Shown in pieces: positions 15,709 through 24,451 of a DNA stretch of 33,168 nucleotides; within the stretch, counting starts at the first letter, position 1, and each line of letters opens with the position of its first letter. A program made the translations under genes and the position numbers. The stretch lies in the UHGV virus genome UHGV-0086211. The stretch is one strand, 5' to 3'. The DNA is from a virus. Under the pieces are notes generated by a model. It worked only from the letters and a program-made list of their open reading frames with translations. It was not told where the DNA came from and ran no database searches.

Positions 15709-17217
15709 ATGGAATTACTTGAATTTAAAAACAAAATATTAAAACTTTGTAATGTTTCAGAAGTAAAAGATATTGGCGAAGCTTTAATGAAAGTTGTATT
15801 AAATAACGAAACATATTTTTTTGACGAATACAACGAAATTGTCGATGATAGCAAAGATTGGTTACAAGCGTTGTGGCAGTATTACGAAGCAGATAGAGAA
15901 GAAAAGAAGCAAGACTTTACGCCAAAGAGTCTTGCTAAGTTAGTAACTGCATTAGCAGGAAATTGTAAAACACTTTATGACTGCTGCGGGGGAAGCGGCG
16001 CCTTGACTTTGCAAATGATTAAAAATCATAAAGTGGAAAATGTTTATATTGAAGAACTAGATAAAAATGTTATTCCGTTTTTATTATTCAATCTCTGCTT
16101 ACACAACGCAAACGGCTATGTTATTAACGGCGATGTGTTGAAGCAAGAAAAATTTAAAATTTATAAGCTAAGTAGTGACAAAAAATATAGTACGGTAAAA
16201 ATTGCGGATGATATGCCGAATTTTAAAGTCGATGTTGCGATTAGTAACCCACCGTATAACATCAAATGGCAACCACCAATGCTATTAGAAAATGATAGTC
16301 GATTTCCTGTTATACCTCCTGCTGGCAATGCTAACTATGCTTTTGTTTTGAACTGCTTAGCAAAAGCTGACAAGTCTGTTTTAATTTTGCCAAACGGAAT
16401 ATTTAATCAAGATAATGAAATTGATATAAGGAAGTACTTAGTTGATAATGACTTAATTGAAACGGTCATTGTTATGCCTGATAAAATGTTTGAAGTAACA
16501 AGTATTTCAACCTGTGTTTTGGTTTTAAATAAAAACAAATCACATAAAGGCGAGATTTGTTTTATTGACAGCCGTAAAAACTTTGTATTTGAAGAGCGAG
16601 AACAAAACGGCCAATTTGGTGGAAAATCTCACACAAAACGAACATATAAAAAATCGTATAATGTATTAGCTGATGAAAACATTAAAAAAATAATTGATGT
16701 GGTTGACGGTAGAAAAAATATTCCGGAATTTTCAGCCATAAAAACAAATAACGAAATTGCAAAAAATCAGTATATTTTTATTCCGTCAAAATATATAGAA
16801 TTTGAGGAAAAAGAACATAAGCACCGAGATTTTCAAGAAATAGCCGACAATATCAACTACATTACTAAAATGCAGAACGCTTGCAAATTAGTAATCAATG
16901 AGACGATTGCTAAAAAAATGGGGTTTGATATTCAGCTTTATAAAAATGAGTTCAAAAATTCAAATCAACTTGCAGATGAACAGTCTAAATTATTAGGCAT
17001 TAAGATTGAAAAGTCTGATTATATCCAATTTACCAAAAACAAAAATGAATTTATGTTCAAGTGTAACGATAAAGAGTTGTTGCCGGATATATTTATTCAT
17101 TTTTTAACAATATGGAAAAATCAGATTGCTTTACTTAATACAATGCAAAATCAATATTTATCAGAATTAAGGGACGCAATATTGCCAGATTTAATGAATG
17201 GTAAAATTGAATTATAA
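15709..17217 (+). CDS. N6-adenine DNA methyltransferase (HsdM-like) with HsdS-like C-terminal helix
   Basis: QDFTP, motif I YDCCGGSG, motif IV SNPPY; ends LSELRDAILPDLMNGKI; visibly AT-rich. Confidence 0.88.
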   Translation: MELLEFKNKILKLCNVSEVKDIGEALMKVVLNNETYFFDEYNEIVDDSKDWLQALWQYYEADREEKKQDFTPKSLAKLVTALAGNCKTLYDCCGGSGALTLQMIKNHKVENVYIEELDKNVIPFLLFNLCLHNANGYVINGDVLKQEKFKIYKLSSDKKYSTVKIADDMPNFKVDVAISNPPYNIKWQPPMLLENDSRFPVIPPAGNANYAFVLNCLAKADKSVLILPNGIFNQDNEIDIRKYLVDNDLIETVIVMPDKMFEVTSISTCVLVLNKNKSHKGEICFIDSRKNFVFEEREQNGQFGGKSHTKRTYKKSYNVLADENIKKIIDVVDGRKNIPEFSAIKTNNEIAKNQYIFIPSKYIEFEEKEHKHRDFQEIADNINYITKMQNACKLVINETIAKKMGFDIQLYKNEFKNSNQLADEQSKLLGIKIEKSDYIQFTKNKNEFMFKCNDKELLPDIFIHFLTIWKNQIALLNTMQNQYLSELRDAILPDLMNGKIEL

Positions 17218-17238
17218 AGAACACAGCGCAGAAAGGCG

Positions 17239-18498
17239 GTGAGAAACATTAATGTTTTTAAAAAGCTATTACAAAGATTTAGCAAAGCCTACACTTATGT
17301 AAAACTGCTTAACGGCAGCACTCCAATCTTTTCAAATTTTGGTTCAGACATTCTCGCCTCTGATGTGGTTATGCAATGCATTTCCTGCATTGCGAGCGAG
17401 GTTTCTAAGCTTCGCCCACAGCATACCAAGGACAGCGGATATGATACGATACCAATATCGGACGACTTACAGAAGCTTCTCGAAAATCCTAACCGGAGGA
17501 TGACTTCGGCAGATTTTTTGGAAAAAATTTGTTTTATGCTTTTGAGCACAGATAACTGCTATGTTGTTCCGATTTTTGACGAATTTACAAATGCGGTTAC
17601 AGGTGAAACAAGGCGAGTTTATAAGGCATTATATCCAATTAACCCCCGACTTGTTGAGCTGATTGAAGACAGTGCTGGCACGGAATTTTTAAGGTTTAGT
17701 TTTGCAAACGGCGAGCAAATCGCTATGAATTACGATGATGTTATCCACATCAGAATGAATTTCTCAGCGAATGAATTTGCTGGCGGAGACAGTGCCGGCA
17801 GAAAAAACAACACTGCGTTGTTGAAAATTTTGCAAGTCAACGAAACATTGGTTGAGGGCGTTGCGAATGCTGTAAAAGCAAATTATGGCATTACCGGTAT
17901 CGTGAAAACAAATACAATGCTTGCTGACGACAAACGCACAAAGGTTGCAGATGAATTTATTGACACTATCGAGAGCAACTCAAGAAAAATCGGCGTCTTG
18001 GATATACAGCAAGAATTTCAACAGCTTAACACTGAAACAAAATTTGTCGATAAAGACACGCTAGAGTTCATTGACAAGAAAATTTGTAGAAGTTTTAAGA
18101 TGTGCTTGCCGGTACTTGAAGCAAACTATACCACACCCCAATATACAGCGTTCTATCAAACTTGCATTGAGCCGATAGTTATACGGCTGTCGCAAGCATT
18201 TACAAAAGCACTGTTTAACGGAAATCAGAGGTCCAGAGGAAATAAAATACAGTTTTATCCAAAGGACCTCGTATTTTTGGATATGCAACAAACTATTGAG
18301 GTTATGCGTATTTTGGGCGACGCCGGAAGTGTCTTTGAAAACGAGAAAAGGCAAGCTTTTGGTTTACCTCCTCTCGCTGAATTGGAGGGCGTGAGAATGC
18401 AGAGCTTGAATTATGTTAATGCAAACGATGCGCGACAATACCAAATAGGACAGACACAGACAGGAGGTGAAGACGGTGCGAAAACAAGTCGAACTTAA
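17239..18498 (+). CDS. Portal protein (HK97 family); true start possibly ATT at 17248
   Basis: LLENPNRRMTSADF, DVIHIR, FYQTCIEP, NEKRQAFGLPP; located between terL and the protease. Confidence 0.93.
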   Translation: MRNINVFKKLLQRFSKAYTYVKLLNGSTPIFSNFGSDILASDVVMQCISCIASEVSKLRPQHTKDSGYDTIPISDDLQKLLENPNRRMTSADFLEKICFMLLSTDNCYVVPIFDEFTNAVTGETRRVYKALYPINPRLVELIEDSAGTEFLRFSFANGEQIAMNYDDVIHIRMNFSANEFAGGDSAGRKNNTALLKILQVNETLVEGVANAVKANYGITGIVKTNTMLADDKRTKVADEFIDTIESNSRKIGVLDIQQEFQQLNTETKFVDKDTLEFIDKKICRSFKMCLPVLEANYTTPQYTAFYQTCIEPIVIRLSQAFTKALFNGNQRSRGNKIQFYPKDLVFLDMQQTIEVMRILGDAGSVFENEKRQAFGLPPLAELEGVRMQSLNYVNANDARQYQIGQTQTGGEDGAKTSRT

Positions 18499-19174
18499 AA
18501 ATGGCACAATTACATTCAAAGCACAGAACAACAGCGATTCAGCAGAGCTGATATTCTATGGCGACATCTGTATGGATGTTTACAGCAAATGGAGCAGCAC
18601 CGACAGGTGCCCTGTAGATGTTGTTAATTTGCTTAGTAATTTAGATGATTACAAGGCAGTAAATATCCACATTAATTCGGGTGGCGGCGACGCTTTCGGT
18701 GGTATTGCGATTTATAACCTGCTTAAATCTTACGCAGGACACAAGACGGTTTATATCGACGGTTTAGCGGCAAGTGCTGCGTCTATTATTGCAATGGCAG
18801 GCGATAAAATCATAATGCCAACATCAGCGCAGCTTATGGTACATAGCCCTTCTGCGTGTGGTTATGGTAACGCAGATGATATGAGAAAATTAGCTGAAGC
18901 TTTAGATAATTGTGAAGAGAGCATTTTAAATGTGTATTATGAAAACCTTGCAGACGGCGTGAGTAAAGAAACTATTGCGGAAATGGTTGCAGCAGAAACT
19001 TGGCTTACAGCTGAAAAAGCACAGCAATATTTTAAAAATATTGAAGTCGAACATAGAAGCATCAACTTACAGAATTGCGGTTCTCAATTTTATAATTTTT
19101 ATAAAAACACACCGCAAGAGAACGAAGACATCAATTTAACTGAAGAGCTTAAAAAGCTTTTAATAATTTATTAG
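18476..19174 (+). CDS. ClpP-type prohead maturation protease
   Basis: HINSGGGDAF, DGLAASAASII, LMVH, ETWLTAE; GGAGGTGA RBS favours GTG 18476. Confidence 0.93.
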   Translation: MRKQVELKNGTITFKAQNNSDSAELIFYGDICMDVYSKWSSTDRCPVDVVNLLSNLDDYKAVNIHINSGGGDAFGGIAIYNLLKSYAGHKTVYIDGLAASAASIIAMAGDKIIMPTSAQLMVHSPSACGYGNADDMRKLAEALDNCEESILNVYYENLADGVSKETIAEMVAAETWLTAEKAQQYFKNIEVEHRSINLQNCGSQFYNFYKNTPQENEDINLTEELKKLLIIY

Positions 19175-19186
19175 GAGGACATAAAA

Positions 19187-20410
19187 ATGGAAATGAAAAA
19201 GTATTTTGAAAACAAAATTGAAACTCTGTTAAATAAGCGTACAGAGCTTAAAAACGGCATTGAAAACTTGTCGGCTGAGGAAATCAAGGACAGATTTTCA
19301 CAAATTGACAGTATTGACACAGAGATTGCCGACTGCAAAGCACAGCTTGCAGAAATTGAGAATGCTTGGCAGGCACAGCAGAAACCACAGCCGAAGGGCA
19401 GTGTGGATGTTAAGGGCACAGCAGGCGGCACAGCTGTAACAGATAAGTTCAATACAACTGAGTACAAGAACAAGTTTATGGATTTCTTCTGCCGCGGTAC
19501 AAAAATTAAAAACGAAGCCGGCATAACAACTACAACAGATGCGTCGGCTGTTATTCCTACCGAACTGTCAACCGAGATTATTCAAAAGGTTGAGAGTTAT
19601 GGCAACCTTTATGCTAAGGTTACAAAGACCAATATTAAGGTTGGCTACTCTATTCCAGTACTTTCACTGAAGCCAACAGCAACTTGGTTTGGCGAAGGTG
19701 CTACAACTGATGCACAGAAAATTAAGGCTGATGAAAAGATAACTTTCAACGCATATGGACTTGAAGTTAAAGTTAGCCGTTCACTATTTGTCGAAGTTAT
19801 GGCATATGACCAGTTCAAGGCATTGTTTGTGCCTCTGATGACTGAGGCAATTGTCAAGGCGATTGAAAGTGCTATTGTAAACGGCACCGGCACAGACAAG
19901 CCGCTGGGCATAACAAAGGACACAAGGGTGCCAACTGGCAATGTTATCTCACTAACAGAGGCAGAGTTTAAGTCCTGGGAGGCTTGGCAGAAGAAGGTTG
20001 TTGCTAAGATCAAGAAGTCTTACCAGAACGGCGAGTTCATTATGGAGCAAAGCACATACAGCGGTTATATCAATGGTATGGTAGACGCTGACGGTCAGCC
20101 TATAGCACGCACAAACTACGGTATTGACAACGGCGAGACTTACTATTTCGCAGGCAAGCACGTTGAAACTACCGAAGGGGATATTATTAAATCGTTTGAT
20201 AGTGCTGCTGTTGGCGATGTTGTTGCAATTTTCTGTGACCTCAAAAATTATGTTTTGAACAGCAATTTGCAGATTACCGCAAACGAATGGTACGACCACG
20301 ATACACACGAAACTAAAAACAATATGGTTCTTATCTGCGACGGTAAGCTTGCTGACACAAACGGCGTTTACCTGATTAAAAAGGCCGCAACTCCTAGCTC
20401 AGGTAAATAA
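19187..20410 (+). CDS. Major capsid protein (HK97 fold with N-terminal delta domain)
   Basis: Coiled-coil N-terminus, VIPTEL, IVNGTGTDKPLGI, DADGQPI; follows the protease. Confidence 0.93.
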   Translation: MEMKKYFENKIETLLNKRTELKNGIENLSAEEIKDRFSQIDSIDTEIADCKAQLAEIENAWQAQQKPQPKGSVDVKGTAGGTAVTDKFNTTEYKNKFMDFFCRGTKIKNEAGITTTTDASAVIPTELSTEIIQKVESYGNLYAKVTKTNIKVGYSIPVLSLKPTATWFGEGATTDAQKIKADEKITFNAYGLEVKVSRSLFVEVMAYDQFKALFVPLMTEAIVKAIESAIVNGTGTDKPLGITKDTRVPTGNVISLTEAEFKSWEAWQKKVVAKIKKSYQNGEFIMEQSTYSGYINGMVDADGQPIARTNYGIDNGETYYFAGKHVETTEGDIIKSFDSAAVGDVVAIFCDLKNYVLNSNLQITANEWYDHDTHETKNNMVLICDGKLADTNGVYLIKKAATPSSGK

Positions 20411-20422
20411 GGGTGATGTTCT

Positions 20423-21439
20423 ATGACGATTGACGAAATCGCAGTTAAAGTTTCATTACTTTTACAACGCTCAACTGATGAAAATTTCCTTTCTGTTCTG
20501 CCTCTGTATTGCACGGAGGCTCAACAGATTATAAAAAGTGCAGGTGTTAAAGACACTGTAGCGGAGAGTGCCAAAGCTGTTGGAGTTATAGCCCGTGGCG
20601 TCCTCGACCTGTGGAATTTTGGTGCCGGCGAGGGTAAGTTTTCACCGTTATTTTTTCAGCTTGTCGAACAGCTGAAATATGATGATGGTACCAACGGCAA
20701 GTTAATACTTGACGTTGAGCAAGGCGGCGGTTGGTTTAAGCTGAAATATACTGACGGCACCGAGAGCGAAGAAATACCTTGTGTCGGCAAGCCCGGTCCA
20801 CAAGGAGAACAGGGACCTAAGGGCGACAAAGGCGACACCGGCCCGAGAGGTCCTGCCGGTCCACAGGGTGAGCCTGGCAGCGACTATGTGCTCACAGATA
20901 AAGACAAGCAGGACATTGCAACCGTTGTTACTAGCGATTTGTCAAACAAGCTTGATAGTAAGCAAGACAAACTTATTGCAAGTAAAAACATTAAAACTAT
21001 CAATAATCAATCAATTTTAGGCGAAGGAAATATCAAAACGGAAAAAGAGTATAAAAGGGCTTATGTTCAAACAACAGAAGAAGTTAAGCAAATATTTCTT
21101 GAAACAGATGATTTTGATGTTTGTTTTTTAAATGTCTACACAAAAGGTATTTTATGTAAATTCAAGCCGTCTTATTATTACAAAAAAGCAACGAGCAGCT
21201 ATAAAATCTATACATACACAGCAGCTTACTCAGTACAATATGGTATATGTTTGAAAATTGAAAAACACCCAGCTACTTTTCCCTACAATGACTGTTCGTT
21301 TAGAGTTTATAGTAATGCTATTGCAACAATGAATCCTACATATACAACCGACGAAGCGAAAAATGGAATTACTATTACTGTATCATCAGATGCAGATGTA
21401 TTCCCTGTCGGAACAAAATTTGAAGTTTATTATAAATGA
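20423..21439 (+). CDS. Head-tail connector (gp6-like) fused to collagen repeat and fibre-like domain
   Basis: Residues 1-86 connector-like (IKSAGV...GVIARGVLDLWN...FSPLFFQLVEQL), directly after the capsid gene. 11 Gly-X-Y triplets, then DYVLTDKDKQDIA and KQDKL...NIKTINNQSILGEGNI fibre-like segments. Confidence 0.7.
   Translation: MTIDEIAVKVSLLLQRSTDENFLSVLPLYCTEAQQIIKSAGVKDTVAESAKAVGVIARGVLDLWNFGAGEGKFSPLFFQLVEQLKYDDGTNGKLILDVEQGGGWFKLKYTDGTESEEIPCVGKPGPQGEQGPKGDKGDTGPRGPAGPQGEPGSDYVLTDKDKQDIATVVTSDLSNKLDSKQDKLIASKNIKTINNQSILGEGNIKTEKEYKRAYVQTTEEVKQIFLETDDFDVCFLNVYTKGILCKFKPSYYYKKATSSYKIYTYTAAYSVQYGICLKIEKHPATFPYNDCSFRVYSNAIATMNPTYTTDEAKNGITITVSSDADVFPVGTKFEVYYK
20786..20884 (+). repeat. Collagen-like (Gly-X-Y)11 repeat
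   Basis: GKP GPQ GEQ GPK GDK GDT GPR GPA GPQ GEP GSD. Confidence 0.95.
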
Positions 21440-21451
21440 TGAGGTGCGAGT

Positions 21452-21628
21452 ATGAGAATTTGTGATAATGGCGTATATCGTGATATGACAGCCGATGAAG
21501 AGCGAAACTATAAAGAATTAATTTTGGCAAGCGATGTAAGTACAGAAGAAGATAAGCTAGAAAAACTCGAGCAAGAAATAACAGCAACCCAGGAGGCTCT
21601 ATGTGAACTTTATGAGTCGGTTGTATGA
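21452..21628 (+). CDS. 58-aa fibre-associated (XkdW-like) coiled-coil protein (not in ORF track)
   Basis: GAGGTG RBS; MRICDNGVYRDMTADEE...KLEKLEQEITATQEALCELYESVV. Confidence 0.7.
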   Translation: MRICDNGVYRDMTADEERNYKELILASDVSTEEDKLEKLEQEITATQEALCELYESVV

Positions 21629-21659
21629 ATTAATTACATCATTTAAGGAGGTGGCAACT

Positions 21660-21788
21660 GTGGCAGTAATTTACGCTACTCTTATTATAAAGGGTAAAAG
21701 AACTTTTAAGAGTGTGCCAAACAGGCTTAAGGGTGAAGTTAAAGAAATATTGATTTCACTGGAATGTGAAAATCTAGTGGAGGAGTGA
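21660..21788 (+). CDS. CD1375-family small protein
   Basis: AAGGAGGT RBS, GTG 21660, MAVIYATLIIKGKRTFKSVP..LK.EVKEIL. Confidence 0.8.
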   Translation: MAVIYATLIIKGKRTFKSVPNRLKGEVKEILISLECENLVEE

Positions 21789-21794
21789 TAACAA

Positions 21795-22793
21795 ATGGCT
21801 ATTACTAAAAAGCAAATGAAAAAGCTAGTAAGTATAGCTAAATCGCAAGTAGGTAACGGACCATATAAGTACCGCAAATGGTATTATGGCAGTGAGCAGT
21901 ATGGTGTTGCTTGGTGTGCAGTGTTCGTCAGCTGGTGTCTTGCTCAAGCAGGTATTACAGGCATAAAAACGGATGGAGCAGGGTGTTTCGCTCGAGAATA
22001 TCAGACACAGGGTAAATGGTATGAAAGCGAATATACATCATCATCTACAACGCCAAAAGCTAGTGACATCGTGACATTTACTTGGAACTATGCCGGCAGA
22101 TACACAAATCAAGATAGGTACTACAGCGACCACGTCGGCATCGTGTACGCTGTAGATAATACATACATCTATACTGTCGAGGGTAATGCAGGCAATAGTA
22201 ACGATACAAGTACAGTTAAACTAAAGGCGTATAATCGTACAAGCGGATGTATTAACGGATATTTCCGATTAAACACGGAAAGCGAGGTAGGCGAAATGAA
22301 TTTCAAAAAAGGCGATAAATCAGACGGGGTTTTGGCATATAAGTCATTGCTGCAGCAAGCCCAGAAATTGGGCATAATTAAGTCAAAGGTAGACAATACA
22401 AACAGCTTTGGCGGCGGTACTTACAAGGCAACTTTGGAGGTGCAGAGAAAATACAAGCTAGAAGTTGACGGAATAGCGGGCGTTAAGACTATAACAGCTT
22501 TGCGAAACGCTATAAATACAAAGATAACCGCAACGCCAAGGTTTAAGCAGTTAAAGGTTGGCGACTGGAATTTAGGCGTCGCTTGTTATAAAACCGTGTG
22601 TGATATAGCTAGACGACTTAAGCTTATCAACGCTAAGACGGATACTAAGCTAGGTTTTGGCGACGGTACCAGAGAGGCTACAAAGCAGATTCAGGAGCTT
22701 ATTGGCGAAAAAGAAACAGGTATTGTTACTGAATATACTGTTTCAAAAGCTAGAGTAATCATCAATAACGCTTTGGATAAGCAGCTGAAATGA
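21795..22793 (+). CDS. Endolysin: CHAP domain plus two peptidoglycan-binding repeats
   Basis: AWCAVFVSW, DHVGIV, TVEGN, then two repeats ending VQRKYKLEVDGIAGVKT and IQELIGEKETGIV. Confidence 0.92.
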   Translation: MAITKKQMKKLVSIAKSQVGNGPYKYRKWYYGSEQYGVAWCAVFVSWCLAQAGITGIKTDGAGCFAREYQTQGKWYESEYTSSSTTPKASDIVTFTWNYAGRYTNQDRYYSDHVGIVYAVDNTYIYTVEGNAGNSNDTSTVKLKAYNRTSGCINGYFRLNTESEVGEMNFKKGDKSDGVLAYKSLLQQAQKLGIIKSKVDNTNSFGGGTYKATLEVQRKYKLEVDGIAGVKTITALRNAINTKITATPRFKQLKVGDWNLGVACYKTVCDIARRLKLINAKTDTKLGFGDGTREATKQIQELIGEKETGIVTEYTVSKARVIINNALDKQLK

Positions 22794-23074
22794 GTGTGAT
22801 GTATTTGGAAGCAGTAATCGTGGCACTTATCAGCCTTGCAGGCTCTGCACTTGGCAGCTTGTTCGGTATAGTTGTTAATACTAAATTAACTAATTATCGC
22901 ATTGAGCAGCTCGAAATTCGAGTTAATAAACATAATAATTTAATTGAACGCACATACGAGCTTGAAAAAACAACTCGTGTTCAGGCGGAAAAAATCGCAG
23001 TAGCAAACCATCGCATTGAAAATTTAGAGAGGAGATATGAATACGAAAATGATAAATTGGCAAGTGAGATTTAA
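22790..23074 (+). CDS. Holin-associated membrane protein (N-terminal TM, coiled coil)
   Basis: Hydrophobic VIVALISLAGSALGSLFGIV, then YRIEQLE..VNKHNNLIERTY; lies between lysin and holin. Confidence 0.7.
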   Translation: MSVMYLEAVIVALISLAGSALGSLFGIVVNTKLTNYRIEQLEIRVNKHNNLIERTYELEKTTRVQAEKIAVANHRIENLERRYEYENDKLASEI

Positions 23075-23303
23075 AAACAAAAATTTCTGGCTAAGTTTTA
23101 TTCCGGCAGTTTTGTTATTAATACAAGTTATAGCAAGCGTTTTTGGTTTCAACTTTGATTTCGGCGACCTCGGCAACAAATTAATCGCGGTTATCAATGC
23201 GGTTTTTGTTGTCCTCTCCCTTCTCGGTGTTGTTACAGACCCAACAACCGCAGGAGTAAGCGACAGCGAGCGTGCATTGACTTACACACGGCCGAAGGAG
23301 TGA
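23049..23303 (+). CDS. Holin (phiLC3-like)
   Basis: MINWQVRFKNKNFW, two TM segments, GVVTDPTTAGVSDS. Alternative ATG at 23037. Confidence 0.92.
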   Translation: MINWQVRFKNKNFWLSFIPAVLLLIQVIASVFGFNFDFGDLGNKLIAVINAVFVVLSLLGVVTDPTTAGVSDSERALTYTRPKE

Positions 23304-23310
23304 GCGAGAA

Positions 23311-23655
23311 ATGGCATATAGTTTTCCACAACGGCTTAATACATTGTTTTGGTTAATGCTGCCAACAACCAAACGCACTGAATATGGCACGCTCGAAATA
23401 GGTTACACGAAAGGTAACGGCTTTTGGGCTTGTAAACGCACCTTTGGTGGCACAGAGGAAGTCGTCAACGGAGTAACTGTTATTAAGAACACAGCTGTAG
23501 TCGACTGCTATTTTAACGATAAGATAACAGCTAATTGCAGACTAAAAGACAAAGAAGGTCGCTTGTGGCGAATAATTACTTCGCCCGAAAACATCAACGG
23601 CGAAAATAAGTATTTGCAGTTTAAAATTGAAATTATTGAGGGCGTGAATAAATAA
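23311..23655 (+). CDS. Head closure / head-tail adaptor protein
   Basis: Beta-rich 114 aa, FGGTE...PENING; first gene of the closure-gp10-terminator-MTP series. Confidence 0.7.
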   Translation: MAYSFPQRLNTLFWLMLPTTKRTEYGTLEIGYTKGNGFWACKRTFGGTEEVVNGVTVIKNTAVVDCYFNDKITANCRLKDKEGRLWRIITSPENINGENKYLQFKIEIIEGVNK

Positions 23656-23656
23656 T

Positions 23657-24097
23657 ATGTCAAAGAAATGGGGCATTGAATACGGTGCTTTGCAAGAGTT
23701 TTTAGACGAGTTACGGCGTCTTGAAGCTGACACAAAAAGCACTGTCGAAAAGGCACTAATTGCGACACAAGACTACATAGCACAGCAAGCGGACAAGCAC
23801 ACCGAAGATAAATATTTGCCTGCCAAAGGCAAATATAGGAGCGACCCGTCACAGATTAAATCGTCAATAATTAAAGACCACGAGGTCGAGTGGGAATTGT
23901 CAAAAGCTCAAATTGATACAGGATTTGATTTTGCGAAAGCTCCACACTCAATTTACTTGATGAACGGCACGCAAACAATGGAGCCCGCCAAGGGTTTAAA
24001 AAATGCTGTGCAAGGCGCAAAGGCAAAGAAAGCTGTTGCCGAAATACAAGAAAATATATTCTACAAATCTTGCGAGGAGGCACATAAAAATGGCTGA
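23657..24097 (+). CDS. HK97 gp10-like neck/tail completion protein
   Basis: SIYLMNGTQTMEP motif and gene position. Confidence 0.65.
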   Translation: MSKKWGIEYGALQEFLDELRRLEADTKSTVEKALIATQDYIAQQADKHTEDKYLPAKGKYRSDPSQIKSSIIKDHEVEWELSKAQIDTGFDFAKAPHSIYLMNGTQTMEPAKGLKNAVQGAKAKKAVAEIQENIFYKSCEEAHKNG

Positions 24098-24446
24098 AAA
24101 TCCGATAAAATGGCTTATACGGTTTCTGAATACCAAGGGCTATGAAGTATATAGACAAGGCTCATTGTCGGAAAACATAGCTTATCCCGAGAGCTTCTTC
24201 ACATATTATAATACTTATACAGAATACAGTGCTTATTTCGACAATAGTGCAACGACGCTTGAATATGCTGTTAGCTTGTATTTCTACAGCACAGATATAA
24301 CGCAGCTGTATACAGTGTTTGAGCAAATGCGCAAAGAGCTTAAAGCATACGGGTGGCTCTGTCCCGATGACGGTGCAGACACACCGAGCTCGGACAAGGA
24401 ACATTTTGGAAGAATATTTGAAATTTATTTTAAAGAAACGAGGTAA
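24090..24446 (+). CDS. Tail terminator-like protein
   Basis: GAGGAGG RBS before ATG 24090; YPESFFTY, ELKAYGW; directly before the major tail gene. Confidence 0.7.
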   Translation: MAENPIKWLIRFLNTKGYEVYRQGSLSENIAYPESFFTYYNTYTEYSAYFDNSATTLEYAVSLYFYSTDITQLYTVFEQMRKELKAYGWLCPDDGADTPSSDKEHFGRIFEIYFKETR

Positions 24447-24451
24447 AATTT

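Noticed and set aside
20960..21439. Fibre tip as a diversity-generating retroelement target
   Set aside because: No reverse transcriptase gene and no template/variable repeat pair seen.
23037..23051. Holin/antiholin dual start (MNTKM)
   Set aside because: The single RBS is 2 nt from the first ATG and 14 nt from the second; neither spacing is good, so support is too weak.
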